A DNA stretch of 64,000 nucleotides from positions 11,196 to 75,195 of the forward strand of contig JAKFXX010000026.1 in NCBI GenBank assembly GCA_021731145.1, given 5' to 3'. This document shows, piece by piece, positions 1 through 9,858 of this stretch (position 1 is the first letter of the stretch; each line of letters begins with the position of its first letter). Under the pieces are notes generated by a model that made no database searches, had not been told where the DNA came from, and saw only the letters and a list, made by a program, of their open reading frames with translations. Origin of the DNA: Gammaproteobacteria bacterium (GTDB taxonomy: Bacteria > Pseudomonadota > Gammaproteobacteria > Ga0077554 > Ga007554). Position numbers and translations under genes: made by a program.

Positions 1-552
1 CTGGCGGTCGATCCATAACGGGGCGCCGCCGCGCCATACTTCGATGTTGCTCCGCCAATACCCGTGGTTGAAGCGTTCGCCGCATGCGCTGCGGCCAAAG
101 CGCGTAATGTCCCAGCCAATCCAGGTCGCGCCCGGCGCAAGTTCCACATGCGTCGTCTGATGCGCCACGGCGCCGTCGAACACGATGCTTTCCTGCGGCA
201 GCCACTCAAGGTGTGCGCCCGCCTCCACGCGCGCCAGCACAATTTGTTCCGCAACCGTACCGCTGCTGCGGTACCACTTGTTGGCCGCAGGCGTGGTGAG
301 CAATGCCTGTGTGCCGGGTTCGAGATGCAGCGCGATTTCCAGCCGGTCTCCGCTGGCCATACCGCCCGGTGGATGAAGGACGAGCGCATGGCATACGTCA
401 GCGCCCTCCGGGTAAAAGGGGCGCTGGATCGCCAACGGCATGCGTGCCTCGACGACTTGCATCACCGTGTCTGGGCTTTGGCTGAAACGTAGATCCAGGC
501 GCCCGCGCCACGTCGGGGTATCGTCCACCGGCGCAATGACATGACCGCTCAT
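1..552 (-). CDS. ureD: Urease accessory protein UreD, 5' part; the gene runs off the window start
   Basis: Manual minus-strand translation from the ATG at 550-552 gives MSGHVIAPVDDTPTWRGRLDLRF...QRPFYPEG...HPPGGMASGDRLEI, a typical UreD/UreH N-terminus. The ATG overlaps the urtE stop codon. It is absent from the ORF track because no stop codon lies inside the window. Confidence 0.7.
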   Translation of the reverse strand, partial: MSGHVIAPVDDTPTWRGRLDLRFSQSPDTVMQVVEARMPLAIQRPFYPEGADVCHALVLHPPGGMASGDRLEIALHLEPGTQALLTTPAANKWYRSSGTVAEQIVLARVEAGAHLEWLPQESIVFDGAVAHQTTHVELAPGATWIGWDITRFGRSACGERFNHGYWRSNIEVWRGGAPLWIDRQ

Positions 553-1238
553 ACTGCGATATGACGCCGCACCTGATCCGCCTCCATGTCCACACCGCTC
601 ATTACTATTTCGCCGCGCGACATTACCAGATACCTGTCCGCAAGCGCTCGCGCAAAATCATAGTACTGCTCCACGAGCAGGATAGCCATGTCGCCGCGTT
701 CGAGGAGCAGGCGGATGACGCGCCCGATATCCTTGATGACGGAGGGCTGAATGCCCTCGGTCGGCTCATCGAGAATGAGCAGCTTGGGTTCCATCAGCAA
801 TGCGCGGGCAATTGCGAGCTGCTGTTGCTGGCCGCCGGACAGGTCGCCGCCGCGCCGCCTGCGCATCTCCCCCAGTACCGGGAACATCTCGAAGGTCGCG
901 GCCGGAATCTCGCGCGGCGGGCGGTCATGCACGGCGAAGCCGGTGATCAGATTCTCTTCCACCGTCAGGCGCGGAAAAATGTCGCGCCCCTGTGGCACAT
1001 AAGCCATGCCGAGCCGGGCGCGAACATGGGGCGATGCAGTAGTGATGTCCTGTCCAGCGAAGGTAATGCGGCCGGAACGGCTCCGCTCCACGCCCATCAG
1101 GCACTTGAGGAGTGTCGTTTTGCCCACGCCATTTCGTCCCAACAGCGCGGCGCAGGTTCCCGGCTGGACTTCCAGCGAGATGTCGCGCAACGTATGGCTG
1201 CCGCCGTAATAATGATTGAGTTGTTCGATTACAAGCAT
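549..1238 (-). CDS. urtE: Urea ABC transporter ATP-binding protein UrtE
   Basis: Walker A motif GRNGVGKTT, ABC signature LSGGQQQ, Walker B LLILDEP. Trimmed to the internal start MLVIEQLNHYYGG, giving about 229 aa. It is the last gene of the urtABCDE order. Confidence 0.85.
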   Translation of the reverse strand: MLVIEQLNHYYGGSHTLRDISLEVQPGTCAALLGRNGVGKTTLLKCLMGVERSRSGRITFAGQDITTASPHVRARLGMAYVPQGRDIFPRLTVEENLITGFAVHDRPPREIPAATFEMFPVLGEMRRRRGGDLSGGQQQQLAIARALLMEPKLLILDEPTEGIQPSVIKDIGRVIRLLLERGDMAILLVEQYYDFARALADRYLVMSRGEIVMSGVDMEADQVRRHIAV

Positions 1239-1239
1239 C

Positions 1240-2067
1240 TCAGCGCCCCAGATACACTTCAATGACCTGTTCGTTGTTCTTGACATGCTCCATCGCGCCC
1301 TCCGCCAGCACGCGGCCTTCGTGCAGCACGGTGACCTTGCGGGCGATCGAGGCCACGAACTCCATGTCGTGCTCGACCACGATGAGGGAGTGCTCACCGG
1401 CAAGTGAGGTGAAAAGCTCTGCGGTTCGCTCGCGCTCGGCGTCCGTCATGCCCGCCACCGGCTCGTCCAGCAGGAGCAGTTTGGGTTCCTGCGCCAGCAG
1501 CATACCGATTTCGAGCCACTGCTTCTGGCCGTGCGATAGCGTGCCCGCCTCACGGCCCGCGAGCGCCGACAGGCCGATAAGATCCAGCGTTGCGGCAATG
1601 CGGTCCTTCTGCTCCGCGCCCAGCCGCCAGAACAGCGACGCCCAGATGCCCTTGTCCACCTTGATGGCGAGTTCCAGGTTTTCGAATACGGTGTGATGCT
1701 CGAACACAGTAGGTTTCTGGAATTTGCGGCCGATGCCGGTGCGCGCAATTTCGTGCTCGTTGAGGCGTGTCAGGTCAAGGGTCTGGCCGAAATAGGCGGT
1801 GCCGCTATCTGGCCGGGTCTTGCCCGTGATAACGTCCATCAAGGTGGTTTTGCCCGCGCCATTGGGGCCGATGATGCAGCGCAGCTCGCCGGCATCCACG
1901 GTGAGGGACAGTTCGTTGAGTGCGCGGAAACCATCGAAGCTGACGGTGACGGCATCCAGGTACAGCACCGTGCCGTGGCTCAGGTCCAAAGCTCCGGGCG
2001 TGGCGACGTGGGCCAGGCCCGTCACTTCGCTGCCGTCAATTTCAGAGGTTGTCAGCTCAGCTTTCAT
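1240..2067 (-). CDS. urtD: Urea ABC transporter ATP-binding protein UrtD
   Basis: Walker A motif GPNGAGKTT, signature LSHGQKQ, Walker B LLLLDEP. Start trimmed to MKAELTT (cat at 2065-2067). There is a 4-bp overlap with urtC. Confidence 0.85.
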   Translation of the reverse strand: MKAELTTSEIDGSEVTGLAHVATPGALDLSHGTVLYLDAVTVSFDGFRALNELSLTVDAGELRCIIGPNGAGKTTLMDVITGKTRPDSGTAYFGQTLDLTRLNEHEIARTGIGRKFQKPTVFEHHTVFENLELAIKVDKGIWASLFWRLGAEQKDRIAATLDLIGLSALAGREAGTLSHGQKQWLEIGMLLAQEPKLLLLDEPVAGMTDAERERTAELFTSLAGEHSLIVVEHDMEFVASIARKVTVLHEGRVLAEGAMEHVKNNEQVIEVYLGR

Positions 2068-3161
2068 GTGTTGCGTTTGGACCTCAGGCGTTGTGCGAGT
2101 CCCATCACGCCCTGTGGCAGGAACAGTGTCACCAGGATGAACAGCAATCCCAGGAAATACAGCCAGTATTCGGGAAAGGCAACGGTGAACCAGCTCTTCG
2201 CGCCATTCACCAGCGCGGCGCCGATGATCGGGCCGACGAGGGTGCCGCGCCCGCCGACTGCGGTCCAGATCGCGATTTCGATGGAGTTGGCCGGCGACAT
2301 CTCGCTGGGGTTGATGATGCCGACCTGCGGCACATACAGCGCGCCGGCAATGCCGCACAGCATGGCCGACAGCGTCCAGGCAAAGAGCTTGTAGGGCAGG
2401 GGATTGTAACCGCAAAACCGCACGCGGCTCTCGGTGTCACGGATGGCCGTGAGTACCCGCCCCAGCTTGGAGGTTACGATGTAGCGACACAGCAGCAGCG
2501 CCAGGATCAGCGTCACGCCGCTGGCGATGAACAGGGTGGCCTTGGTGGCGGGATCGGCCAGGGAAAAGCCCAGGATGCGCTTGAAATCGGTGAAGCCGTT
2601 GTTGCCGCCGAAGCCGGTATCGTTGCGGAAGAACAGCAGCATTGCCGCGAAGGTGAGGGCTTGGGTGATGATCGAGAAGTACACGCCCTTGATGCGCGAG
2701 CGGAAGGCGAAGTAGCCGAACACCAGCGCCAGCAGTCCAGGCGCCAGCACGATGAGCAATGCGCAATACCAGAACTGGTCAGTACCTGCCCAGTACCACG
2801 GCAATTCCTTCCAGTCCAGGAACACCATGAAGTCGGGCAACTCGCTGCCGGACTCACCCTCGCGCCCGATCATGCGCATCAGGTACATGCCCAGCGCATA
2901 GCCTCCCAGAGCAAAGAATAACCCGTGGCCGAGACTCAAAATGCCCGCGTACCCCCATACCAGATCCATCGCCAATGCCACCAGGGCGTAGCACATGATC
3001 TTGCCCAGCAGCGTGATGAGCCAGGCGGGGACGTGGAAGGGCGAGTCTTCGGGCACGGCGAGGTAAAGCGCGGGCATCAGCACGCACACCAGCGCGAGAA
3101 AGGCGGCGATAACCAACCAGCCCTTCGTGCCGTACAACTGCGGGAGACGTTCGATGATCAT
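2064..3161 (-). CDS. urtC: Urea ABC transporter permease UrtC
   Basis: A 365-aa polytopic membrane protein of the branched-chain amino acid (HAAT) permease type, lying between urtB and urtD. Confidence 0.8.
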   Translation of the reverse strand: MIIERLPQLYGTKGWLVIAAFLALVCVLMPALYLAVPEDSPFHVPAWLITLLGKIMCYALVALAMDLVWGYAGILSLGHGLFFALGGYALGMYLMRMIGREGESGSELPDFMVFLDWKELPWYWAGTDQFWYCALLIVLAPGLLALVFGYFAFRSRIKGVYFSIITQALTFAAMLLFFRNDTGFGGNNGFTDFKRILGFSLADPATKATLFIASGVTLILALLLCRYIVTSKLGRVLTAIRDTESRVRFCGYNPLPYKLFAWTLSAMLCGIAGALYVPQVGIINPSEMSPANSIEIAIWTAVGGRGTLVGPIIGAALVNGAKSWFTVAFPEYWLYFLGLLFILVTLFLPQGVMGLAQRLRSKRNT

Positions 3162-3168
3162 CGGCTAT

Positions 3169-4782
3169 CTATCCTTCCACCGCGCGGCCCTTGGCGGCGA
3201 ACAGCCCCTGCGGCCGCTTCTGGATGAACAGGATGATGAACACGAGCAGCATGATTTTGGCGAGTACCGCGCCCCAGTAAGGTTCGAGGAATTTGTTCAT
3301 CACCCCCAGCCCCAGCGCGGCGTACACCGTGCCGGCGATCTGGCCCACACCGCCCAGCACCACCACCATGAAGGAATCGACGATATACCCCTGGCCCAAC
3401 TCGGGTCCCACGTTGCCTATCTGCGAGAGCGCGCAGCCCCCCAGCCCCGCTACGCCCGCCCCCAGACCAAAGGCCAGCATGTCGGTGCGGCCGGTAGGGA
3501 TGCCCATGCAATCTGCCATGGCACGGTTCTGCGTCACGGCGCGCATATGCAGGCCCAATCGGGTGCGGGTGAACGCCAGCCACACTAGGCACAGCACCAG
3601 CATGGCAAAGACAATGATGACGATGCGATTGTAGGGAAGCACCAGACTGCCCAGCACCGTCACGCCGCCTGTCATCCATGAGGGGTTGGCTACCTCCACA
3701 TTCTGCGCACCGAACACTGTGCGCATGAGCTGAATCAGTATTAGCGAGATGCCCCAAGTGGCGAGCAGCGTTTCCAGAGGACGGCCGTAGAGATGGCGGA
3801 TCACGCCGCGCTCCAGCGCCATGCCCACCAATGCCGCCACGCCGAACGCCACTGGCACAGCGGCGATGAGATACAAATCCAGATACTGCGGCAGATGGGT
3901 CTTGAATAGATTTTGCACCACATAGGTCGCGTAGGCGCCGATCATCAGCAGCTCGCCGTGGGCCATGTTAATCACCCCCATCAGGCCATAGACGATCGCC
4001 AGCCCCAGCGCCGCGAGCAGCAGTATGCTGCCCAAGCTGATCCCGGTGAATACATGGCCTGCATATTCGGCAATCTTCAGACGTTGCTCGATAGCAGCGA
4101 TGGCCTTTGCCGCCGCCGCGCGCACATTGGCATCCGGCTCAGCAAACTGGCCCGCACCGTCTTTTTCCAGCAACTTCAGCAATCGGGTTTTGGTGGCTTC
4201 CTGAGCGCTGTTGGCCAGACTCTGAACCGCCGCCAGGCGCTGTTTCGAGTCATCGCTTTGCAGCGCCATGCCGCTTTGCGCCAACTCCAGCGCGGCGCGC
4301 ACCGCCGGGTCCTTCTCGCTGGTCAGCGCCTTTTGCACCAGGGGCAGTAATATAGGATCGCCCTCGCTCAATTGCTGCGCCGCTTCCAGACGCTTTGTGC
4401 TGTCCGGGGAAAAGAGTTTAAAGGCCACCAGCGCCGCGTCCAGCGCGCGCCGCACCCGGTTGTTGATGGTGATGCGCGCGGCATCTTTCGGTATGTTTGC
4501 CAAGGGTTGATTCGTGACGGCATCGGTCGCGCCGGCCTCCGTCACGATCAGTAATTGACCGGCGGGTGTCGCCTGCAAAGCACCGTCTTGCAATGCCTGG
4601 ATTACGGGCAAAGCCGCCACATCGCCCGCCACCACCAGCGCTTCAATTGCGGCGATCCTGGCGTCGTTGTCACCTGTGGCGAGGTTTTGCAGCGCCGTGG
4701 TGTCCAGGGCGTGGGCATTGCCCAGCCAGACGGCGAACAGCACAGCCATGTAATATCGGCACAGACGGCAGAGGTGTCTCAT
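3169..4782 (-). CDS. urtB: Urea ABC transporter permease UrtB with an N-terminal periplasmic domain (about 250 aa) of HEAT-like repeats
   Basis: The C-terminal 290 aa form a LivH-like permease. The N-terminal half is Ala/Leu-rich, with repeated DxxVRAAA.../ALxxL motifs following a signal peptide. The true start may be the internal Met at 4749. Confidence 0.8.
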   Translation of the reverse strand: MRHLCRLCRYYMAVLFAVWLGNAHALDTTALQNLATGDNDARIAAIEALVVAGDVAALPVIQALQDGALQATPAGQLLIVTEAGATDAVTNQPLANIPKDAARITINNRVRRALDAALVAFKLFSPDSTKRLEAAQQLSEGDPILLPLVQKALTSEKDPAVRAALELAQSGMALQSDDSKQRLAAVQSLANSAQEATKTRLLKLLEKDGAGQFAEPDANVRAAAAKAIAAIEQRLKIAEYAGHVFTGISLGSILLLAALGLAIVYGLMGVINMAHGELLMIGAYATYVVQNLFKTHLPQYLDLYLIAAVPVAFGVAALVGMALERGVIRHLYGRPLETLLATWGISLILIQLMRTVFGAQNVEVANPSWMTGGVTVLGSLVLPYNRIVIIVFAMLVLCLVWLAFTRTRLGLHMRAVTQNRAMADCMGIPTGRTDMLAFGLGAGVAGLGGCALSQIGNVGPELGQGYIVDSFMVVVLGGVGQIAGTVYAALGLGVMNKFLEPYWGAVLAKIMLLVFIILFIQKRPQGLFAAKGRAVEG

Positions 4783-4849
4783 AGTGTGCTTATGTGATTC
4801 TCTGGAATAAACCTCCCCGCCGTCGCGGCGGGGAGTGCGTAACGTTCAG

Positions 4850-6130
4850 TTACATATCTTTCTTTTTCTCGTTGCCCGGTATGAAGGGGCTCCATGGCTG
4901 TGCGCGCAGGGTCTTCTTCGTTTCCCATACGATGTCGAACTGGCCGTCGGGGCGGATTTCGCCGATCATCACCGGCTTCCACAGATGATGATTCTTTTCG
5001 TCCATCTTCAATTCATAACCGCTGGGCGCTTTGACCGTCTGGCCCGCCATGGCGATGCGCACTTTGTTTACATCGGTGGACTTCGCTTTTTCTGCGGCTT
5101 GCGCCCACATATGAATGCCAACATACGTCGCCTCCATGGGATCGTTGGTGACGCGCTTGTCGCCACCGGGAAGCTTTTGCTTCTTGACATAGTCCTTCCA
5201 TGTCTTAATGAACTTGTCATTTTCCGGGTTTTTCAGCGACATGAAATAATTCCACGCCGCCAGATGGCCGACCAGCGGTTTGGCATCGATACCGCGCAAC
5301 TCTTCCTCGCCGACCGAGAACGCCACCACCGGAATGTCCGTAGCCTTCACGCCCTGGTTGGACAGCTCTTTGTAGAAGGGCACGTTGGAGTCGCCGTTAA
5401 TGGTGGAAATTACTGCCGTCTTGCCGCCCGCCGCGAACTTCTTTACATCCGCCACAATGGTTTGATAATCGCTGTGGCCGAACGGCGTATAGATTTCCTT
5501 GATGTCGCCCTCTTTCACGCCCTTGGATTTGAGAAACGCGCGCAGAATCTTGTTGGTGGTGCGCGGATACACATAGTCCGTGCCCAACAGGAAGAAGCGC
5601 TTGGCTCCTCCGCCGTCCTTGCTCATCAGGTATTCCACCGCAGGGATCGCCTGCTGGTTGGGCGCAGCGCCGGTGTAGAATACGTTCTGTGACAGCTCTT
5701 CTCCCTCATATTGCACCGGATAGAAGAGCAGTCCGTTCAGTTCCTCAAACACCGGCAACACCGACTTGCGTGATACCGAAGTCCAGCAACCGAACACCAC
5801 CGCCACTTTTTCCTTCTGCAACAGCTCGCGCGATTTCTCGGCAAACAACGGCCAATTGGAAGCAGGGTCCACCACCACCGCTTCCAGCTTCTTACCCAGC
5901 ACACCACCCTTGGCGTTGATTTCCTCGATAGTCATCAACGCCACATCTTTCAGCGAGGTTTCGCTGATCGCCATGGTGCCGGACAGCGAATGCAGAATGC
6001 CGACCTTGATGGTGTCCGCAGCCTGCGTCGCAGTCGCAAATGTAATGCCTGCGGCGACAACGGCTGTTGTGAAGATGGAACGGGTGAGATGACTGCCTAC
6101 AGCAATACCCAGCAAACAAGACGACTTCAT
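4850..6130 (-). CDS. urtA: Urea ABC transporter substrate-binding protein UrtA
   Basis: A 426-aa periplasmic binding protein with a signal peptide and LivJ-like fold, typical of UrtA. It is the first gene of the urt operon. Confidence 0.85.
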   Translation of the reverse strand: MKSSCLLGIAVGSHLTRSIFTTAVVAAGITFATATQAADTIKVGILHSLSGTMAISETSLKDVALMTIEEINAKGGVLGKKLEAVVVDPASNWPLFAEKSRELLQKEKVAVVFGCWTSVSRKSVLPVFEELNGLLFYPVQYEGEELSQNVFYTGAAPNQQAIPAVEYLMSKDGGGAKRFFLLGTDYVYPRTTNKILRAFLKSKGVKEGDIKEIYTPFGHSDYQTIVADVKKFAAGGKTAVISTINGDSNVPFYKELSNQGVKATDIPVVAFSVGEEELRGIDAKPLVGHLAAWNYFMSLKNPENDKFIKTWKDYVKKQKLPGGDKRVTNDPMEATYVGIHMWAQAAEKAKSTDVNKVRIAMAGQTVKAPSGYELKMDEKNHHLWKPVMIGEIRPDGQFDIVWETKKTLRAQPWSPFIPGNEKKKDM

Positions 6131-6219
6131 GTTATCCCCCTTGGGTTAATCGTAGAAACGCTTATTAAATGTGAGAACCCTCCGAGCAGCGCCGAGAGGT
6201 TCCGTGGCCCATGAACCGC

Positions 6220-7317
6220 TCAAATCTGAAGCTGCACGCCAATCTTGAAGATGTTGGTATCCCGTGCCGCGCCCATGTTGTCATCGGTGTACACAGCAGT
6301 GACACGGGCGTTGTGACCGTCGATCACATAGTGCAATTCGAGATCGTAGCGATTGCGTTTCTCCGTGGCGCCATCGAGATCCAGACTCTGGAAGCGCACC
6401 TGCGGCATGAGCTTGCCGATGCCAACCTTGGTGTTGAAGAGATAACCGGCACGGGCCATATAGCCATTGCCCTGAAACAGTGCGGCATCGCTCACTTTGC
6501 TCGTGTCATAGCTGTAATACGCGCCCTCCAGCGACAGCGTGCCGACGCCGAGACTCTTCTCCATGAGCGCGTCAAAATTCCAGCCCGAGAAGTCGCCGGG
6601 TGTGGCGGCCGTCCCGGCGCCATTCTTCTGCGTCATCGCCGCCAGACCAAAGGCAAGGATCTGTTTTTCACCGTAGTAAGTGCTGCTGTTGTAATAACCC
6701 GGCTCCGGGTCCCACAGGTTGAGGGTCAGGCGGCCGGTGTATAGCAGGTCGTCTGCCCTGTTCGATGTGCTAGCGCCATTGCGTCCCTGAAAGGCGCCGA
6801 CCTGGTACTTGAACATGCCGCCGCCCGTCTGCCCCCATACTGCGGCGCCGTCATCCCGTCCGGCGAACTGGGCGGGATAGTTCTGCACGATGGGGAAATC
6901 CCAAGTGGCAATGTAGTAGGGGCCGGAGAGGTTGGAGCGGTCGCTGGGCGGCAGGAAGCGCCCGAGCCACACGTTGAATACATCCGACGGCTCGATCCGG
7001 ACAATGGCGTCGAGCACCCGCGCGGCGCTGTTGTTGCCCGAGTCTTTTTCGGTATTGAAGGTCAGCTTGATATCCTTATGCACTTGCCCGTTAAGGTAAA
7101 GCCGCACACTGTCTACCGCGAAATCGAGGGAACGGTCCAAGCCGTTCGGCGCAGCCTTGTCCTCGGAGATGAAGCTGCTCCGCAGCCCGCCGCCGATACT
7201 TATCCATTTTGTTTCATCGATTTTTAGTGTGGGTCCAGCCAGAACAGTGGCCGAAAATGCTGACAGGGTGAGAACAGAAACAGCGACAGACAAAACAGCG
7301 TTACGACCGTGTACCAT
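6220..7317 (-). CDS. Outer-membrane porin, possibly of the short-chain amide/urea (FmdC-like) type
   Basis: Signal peptide MVHGRNAVLSVAVSVLTLSAFSATVLA; a Gly/Tyr/Asn-rich beta-strand pattern; a C-terminal aromatic residue pattern (…KIGVQLQI). It lies immediately upstream of urtA on the same strand. Start trimmed to 7317. Confidence 0.6.
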   Translation of the reverse strand: MVHGRNAVLSVAVSVLTLSAFSATVLAGPTLKIDETKWISIGGGLRSSFISEDKAAPNGLDRSLDFAVDSVRLYLNGQVHKDIKLTFNTEKDSGNNSAARVLDAIVRIEPSDVFNVWLGRFLPPSDRSNLSGPYYIATWDFPIVQNYPAQFAGRDDGAAVWGQTGGGMFKYQVGAFQGRNGASTSNRADDLLYTGRLTLNLWDPEPGYYNSSTYYGEKQILAFGLAAMTQKNGAGTAATPGDFSGWNFDALMEKSLGVGTLSLEGAYYSYDTSKVSDAALFQGNGYMARAGYLFNTKVGIGKLMPQVRFQSLDLDGATEKRNRYDLELHYVIDGHNARVTAVYTDDNMGAARDTNIFKIGVQLQI

Positions 7318-7578
7318 GGTGATGCCCCCTTTGTTGTTGTGAAGAGACTGTTCCCACACGGACAGCAAACGTTGTGCCATGATATTTATTAATTGAAAAT
7401 TCAATATGTTGTATTATTTCATTGGCCCGCAAACGGGCGCCGACGCCCCATTATTGGGCGTCCCTTGCTATTTTCGCATTATTATGGCGCGTCATTGGTG
7501 TGCACCCTCGACTCTTTCAAAGAGGGGTGTTGCGGTGGTGTCAGGTTGTTGCTTTGAAATGCTCGGGGATAAATAGCT

Positions 7579-8064
7579 CTACTGGACGTCGAGCCAGTGT
7601 TTCATGGTATCCGCCTCCCCCTGGACAAGCGGTCTTCCCTGAGTGGCGATCAACGCCTGATAGGCGGCGATAACGACACTTCGCTCGCTCCAGGCAGTGA
7701 CGCTTGCGATCTCATCAGGGGCGAGCTCGGCCAAAGACGCAATGGCGTTATTCACCTCCTTCCTTGGCCCGTCAACTCGCTGCTGGCGAATGTTGCCGTA
7801 TATGGCGAACACCCAAAAAACGATGTACGGGGTGAAAAGGACGAGGGCTGTAACAATGGTGGGGCTGCTGTTTCCCAGCTCAAGGAGCGGACGCCCCACC
7901 GTCAGCGCCAGAATCAACAGCGCGGCCATGACCATGATCATCGCAAAAAAAAGTTTCCAGTCGAGGCGATCGAGGACAGCCTTCTCCTGCAAAAGACGCT
8001 CGCGCGCGGCTGCTATGTCGGTAGCTGTGGGTGGGATGCTTTGAATGTCAAATGTAATTCCCAT
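7579..8064 (-). CDS. Hypothetical small membrane protein with two TM helices
   Basis: The ORF has a good ribosome-binding site (GGAGAAG) before the ATG at 8064. Two hydrophobic helices are evident (LFFAMIMVMAALLILALTV and IVTALVLFTPYIVFWVFAIY). No recognisable family. Confidence 0.4.
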   Translation of the reverse strand: MGITFDIQSIPPTATDIAAARERLLQEKAVLDRLDWKLFFAMIMVMAALLILALTVGRPLLELGNSSPTIVTALVLFTPYIVFWVFAIYGNIRQQRVDGPRKEVNNAIASLAELAPDEIASVTAWSERSVVIAAYQALIATQGRPLVQGEADTMKHWLDVQ

Positions 8065-8280
8065 GCTTTCTTCTCCGATAACCCTCTGCGGATCGACCGC
8101 TCTCCGGCGAGCTTCATGAACGCCATGCGAGTGTCCCACATTTCAAGCTGCGTCAACAACTGAGGGCCGCCCGGCAGGGATCCCTCATTAAAAAATAGGC
8201 CGAAAATGTATAAAAATCTGTTATTTCAGGCATCTTCTGCGGGGAGGGTTACATCCTGTCGAGGAGCTCTTGCTGGCCAC

Positions 8281-8350
8281 CTTCTGTGGCATAATCCAAG
8301 CTCCGGACCCAACGAATCATAGTCTGGAGTAATGTTGGGCTTGGGTCCGT
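8281..8350. repeat. Palindromic repeat element, copy A (core caagctccggacccaac ... gttgggcttgggtccg)
   Basis: A 17-nt identical core and a partner arm are shared with the element at 51078-51256. Confidence 0.5.
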
Positions 8351-8526
8351 TTCGCCTGACACAGCCAAATTAACAACTACCGCCGCCCAACAATCTTAAA
8401 AACAGCGATTGGAATTCAGTGTATAATCCGCCGTTATTTTTCCATTCCATTACATCGTCCCCTCATTGCCACCTCATTGTCACCTTCATGGTGATTACGG
8501 TGGTCACGGGGAAAAAGGTTGAACAC

Positions 8527-9243
8527 ATGCGCCCCAGCGGTCGAGCTCCAGACGAATTGCGTCCTATTACACTGACCCGCCGCTACACCAAGCACGCTGA
8601 AGGCTCGGTACTGGTGGAGTTCGGTGACACCAAGGTCATTTGTAACGCCACCGTGGAAGAGAAGACCCCGCGTTTCCTGAAAGGTACCGGCAAGGGCTGG
8701 GTAACGGCGGAATACGGCATGTTGCCGCGCTCCACTGGTCAGCGCATGGGCCGCGAGGCGGCACAGGGCAAGCAGGGCGGACGCACCATGGAAATTCAGC
8801 GCCTCATCGGGCGCTCGCTGCGTGCCGTGGTGAATATGGAAGCGCTGGGTGAGCGCACCATCACGATAGATTGCGACGTCATCCAGGCGGATGGCGGCAC
8901 GCGTACTGCCTCGATCACCGGCGGCTACGTCGCCCTGGTTGACGCCATTGCTCATTTACGCAAACGCAACCTCATCAAAGGTAACCCTATTCACGGTTTT
9001 ATCGCCTCCGTGTCGGTGGGCATTTACCAGGGGCTGCCGGTGCTTGATCTCGATTACAAGGAGGATTCCGAGGCTGAGACCGACATGAATGTCATCATGA
9101 ACGAGGCGGGCGCTTTTGTTGAAATCCAGGGCACTGCCGAAGGTCACGCCTTCCGCATGGACGAACTGCTTGCCATGATCGATCTGGCCAAAACGGGTAT
9201 CAGCGAGTTGATAAAGAAACAACAGGCCGTCTTGCAGGCCTAA
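8527..9243 (+). CDS. rph: Ribonuclease PH
   Basis: Typical Rph sequence (GRAPDELRP..., [36 protein letters not shown]). Start trimmed to MRPSGR at 8527. Confidence 0.9.
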   Translation: MRPSGRAPDELRPITLTRRYTKHAEGSVLVEFGDTKVICNATVEEKTPRFLKGTGKGWVTAEYGMLPRSTGQRMGREAAQGKQGGRTMEIQRLIGRSLRAVVNMEALGERTITIDCDVIQADGGTRTASITGGYVALVDAIAHLRKRNLIKGNPIHGFIASVSVGIYQGLPVLDLDYKEDSEAETDMNVIMNEAGAFVEIQGTAEGHAFRMDELLAMIDLAKTGISELIKKQQAVLQA

Positions 9244-9258
9244 CCACGGAGCGTACAC

Positions 9259-9846
9259 ATGAAGCGCATTGTGCTGGCCAGCAACAACGCAGGCAAGGCC
9301 CGTGAAATCAGTGAAATGCTGGAGGGGCTGCACATCGAAGTGTTGCCCCAGTCGGCGTTTGGCGTGCCGGAAATAGAAGAGACGGGCCTGACCTTCGTCG
9401 AGAACGCTATCCTCAAGGCGCGCAACGCGGCACAACACACCGGACTGCCTGCCATCGCCGATGATTCGGGGCTGGAGGTGGACGCCCTCGATGGCGCGCC
9501 CGGCATCTATTCGGCGCGATATGCGGGGCCGGGCGCCGATGACCGCGCCAATCTGGAAAAGCTGCTGGCCGACCTTGCCGATGTCCCGGAACCGCAGCGC
9601 ACGGCGCGCTTCCAATGCTTCATGGTGTACATGCGGCACGCCCTCGACCCCACCCCGGTCATTTGCCAAGGCACCTGGGAAGGAAGCATTCTGTTCGCGC
9701 CACGCGGCACCCATGGCTTTGGTTACGATCCGGTGTTCCTCGTGCCACGGAGGAATTGCTCCGGCGCGGAGCTTGCGCCAGAGGTGAAAAACCGTTTAAG
9801 CCACCGCGGGCAAGCCCTGCGTCAACTGCTCAACGCTTTAACCTGA
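9259..9846 (+). CDS. rdgB: dITP/XTP pyrophosphatase (non-canonical purine NTP pyrophosphatase) RdgB
   Basis: Ham1-family motifs (ASNNAGKAREI, FVENAILKAR, ADDSGLEVDAL, FGYDP). It lies in the conserved rph-rdgB-hemW neighbourhood. Confidence 0.9.
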   Translation: MKRIVLASNNAGKAREISEMLEGLHIEVLPQSAFGVPEIEETGLTFVENAILKARNAAQHTGLPAIADDSGLEVDALDGAPGIYSARYAGPGADDRANLEKLLADLADVPEPQRTARFQCFMVYMRHALDPTPVICQGTWEGSILFAPRGTHGFGYDPVFLVPRRNCSGAELAPEVKNRLSHRGQALRQLLNALT

Positions 9847-9858
9847 CATGGCAGGCCG

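Noticed and set aside
64-492. 142-aa plus-strand ORF at the window start
   Set aside because: It is Arg/Ala-rich with no motifs. The minus strand encodes a convincing UreD N-terminus over the same region.
561-1265. 234-aa plus-strand ORF antisense to urtE
   Set aside because: A high-GC antisense frame artefact. It overlaps a well-supported ABC ATPase gene.
8956-9714. 252-aa minus-strand ORF antisense to rdgB (and 8434-8955 antisense to rph)
   Set aside because: Antisense to strongly conserved genes, with low-complexity Arg/Gly/Ala composition.
9700-9800. Possible frameshift in the rdgB C-terminus (…VPRRNCSGAEL…)
   Set aside because: The length and spacing to the conserved SHRG motif match E. 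coli RdgB, so this is more likely ordinary sequence divergence than a frameshift.
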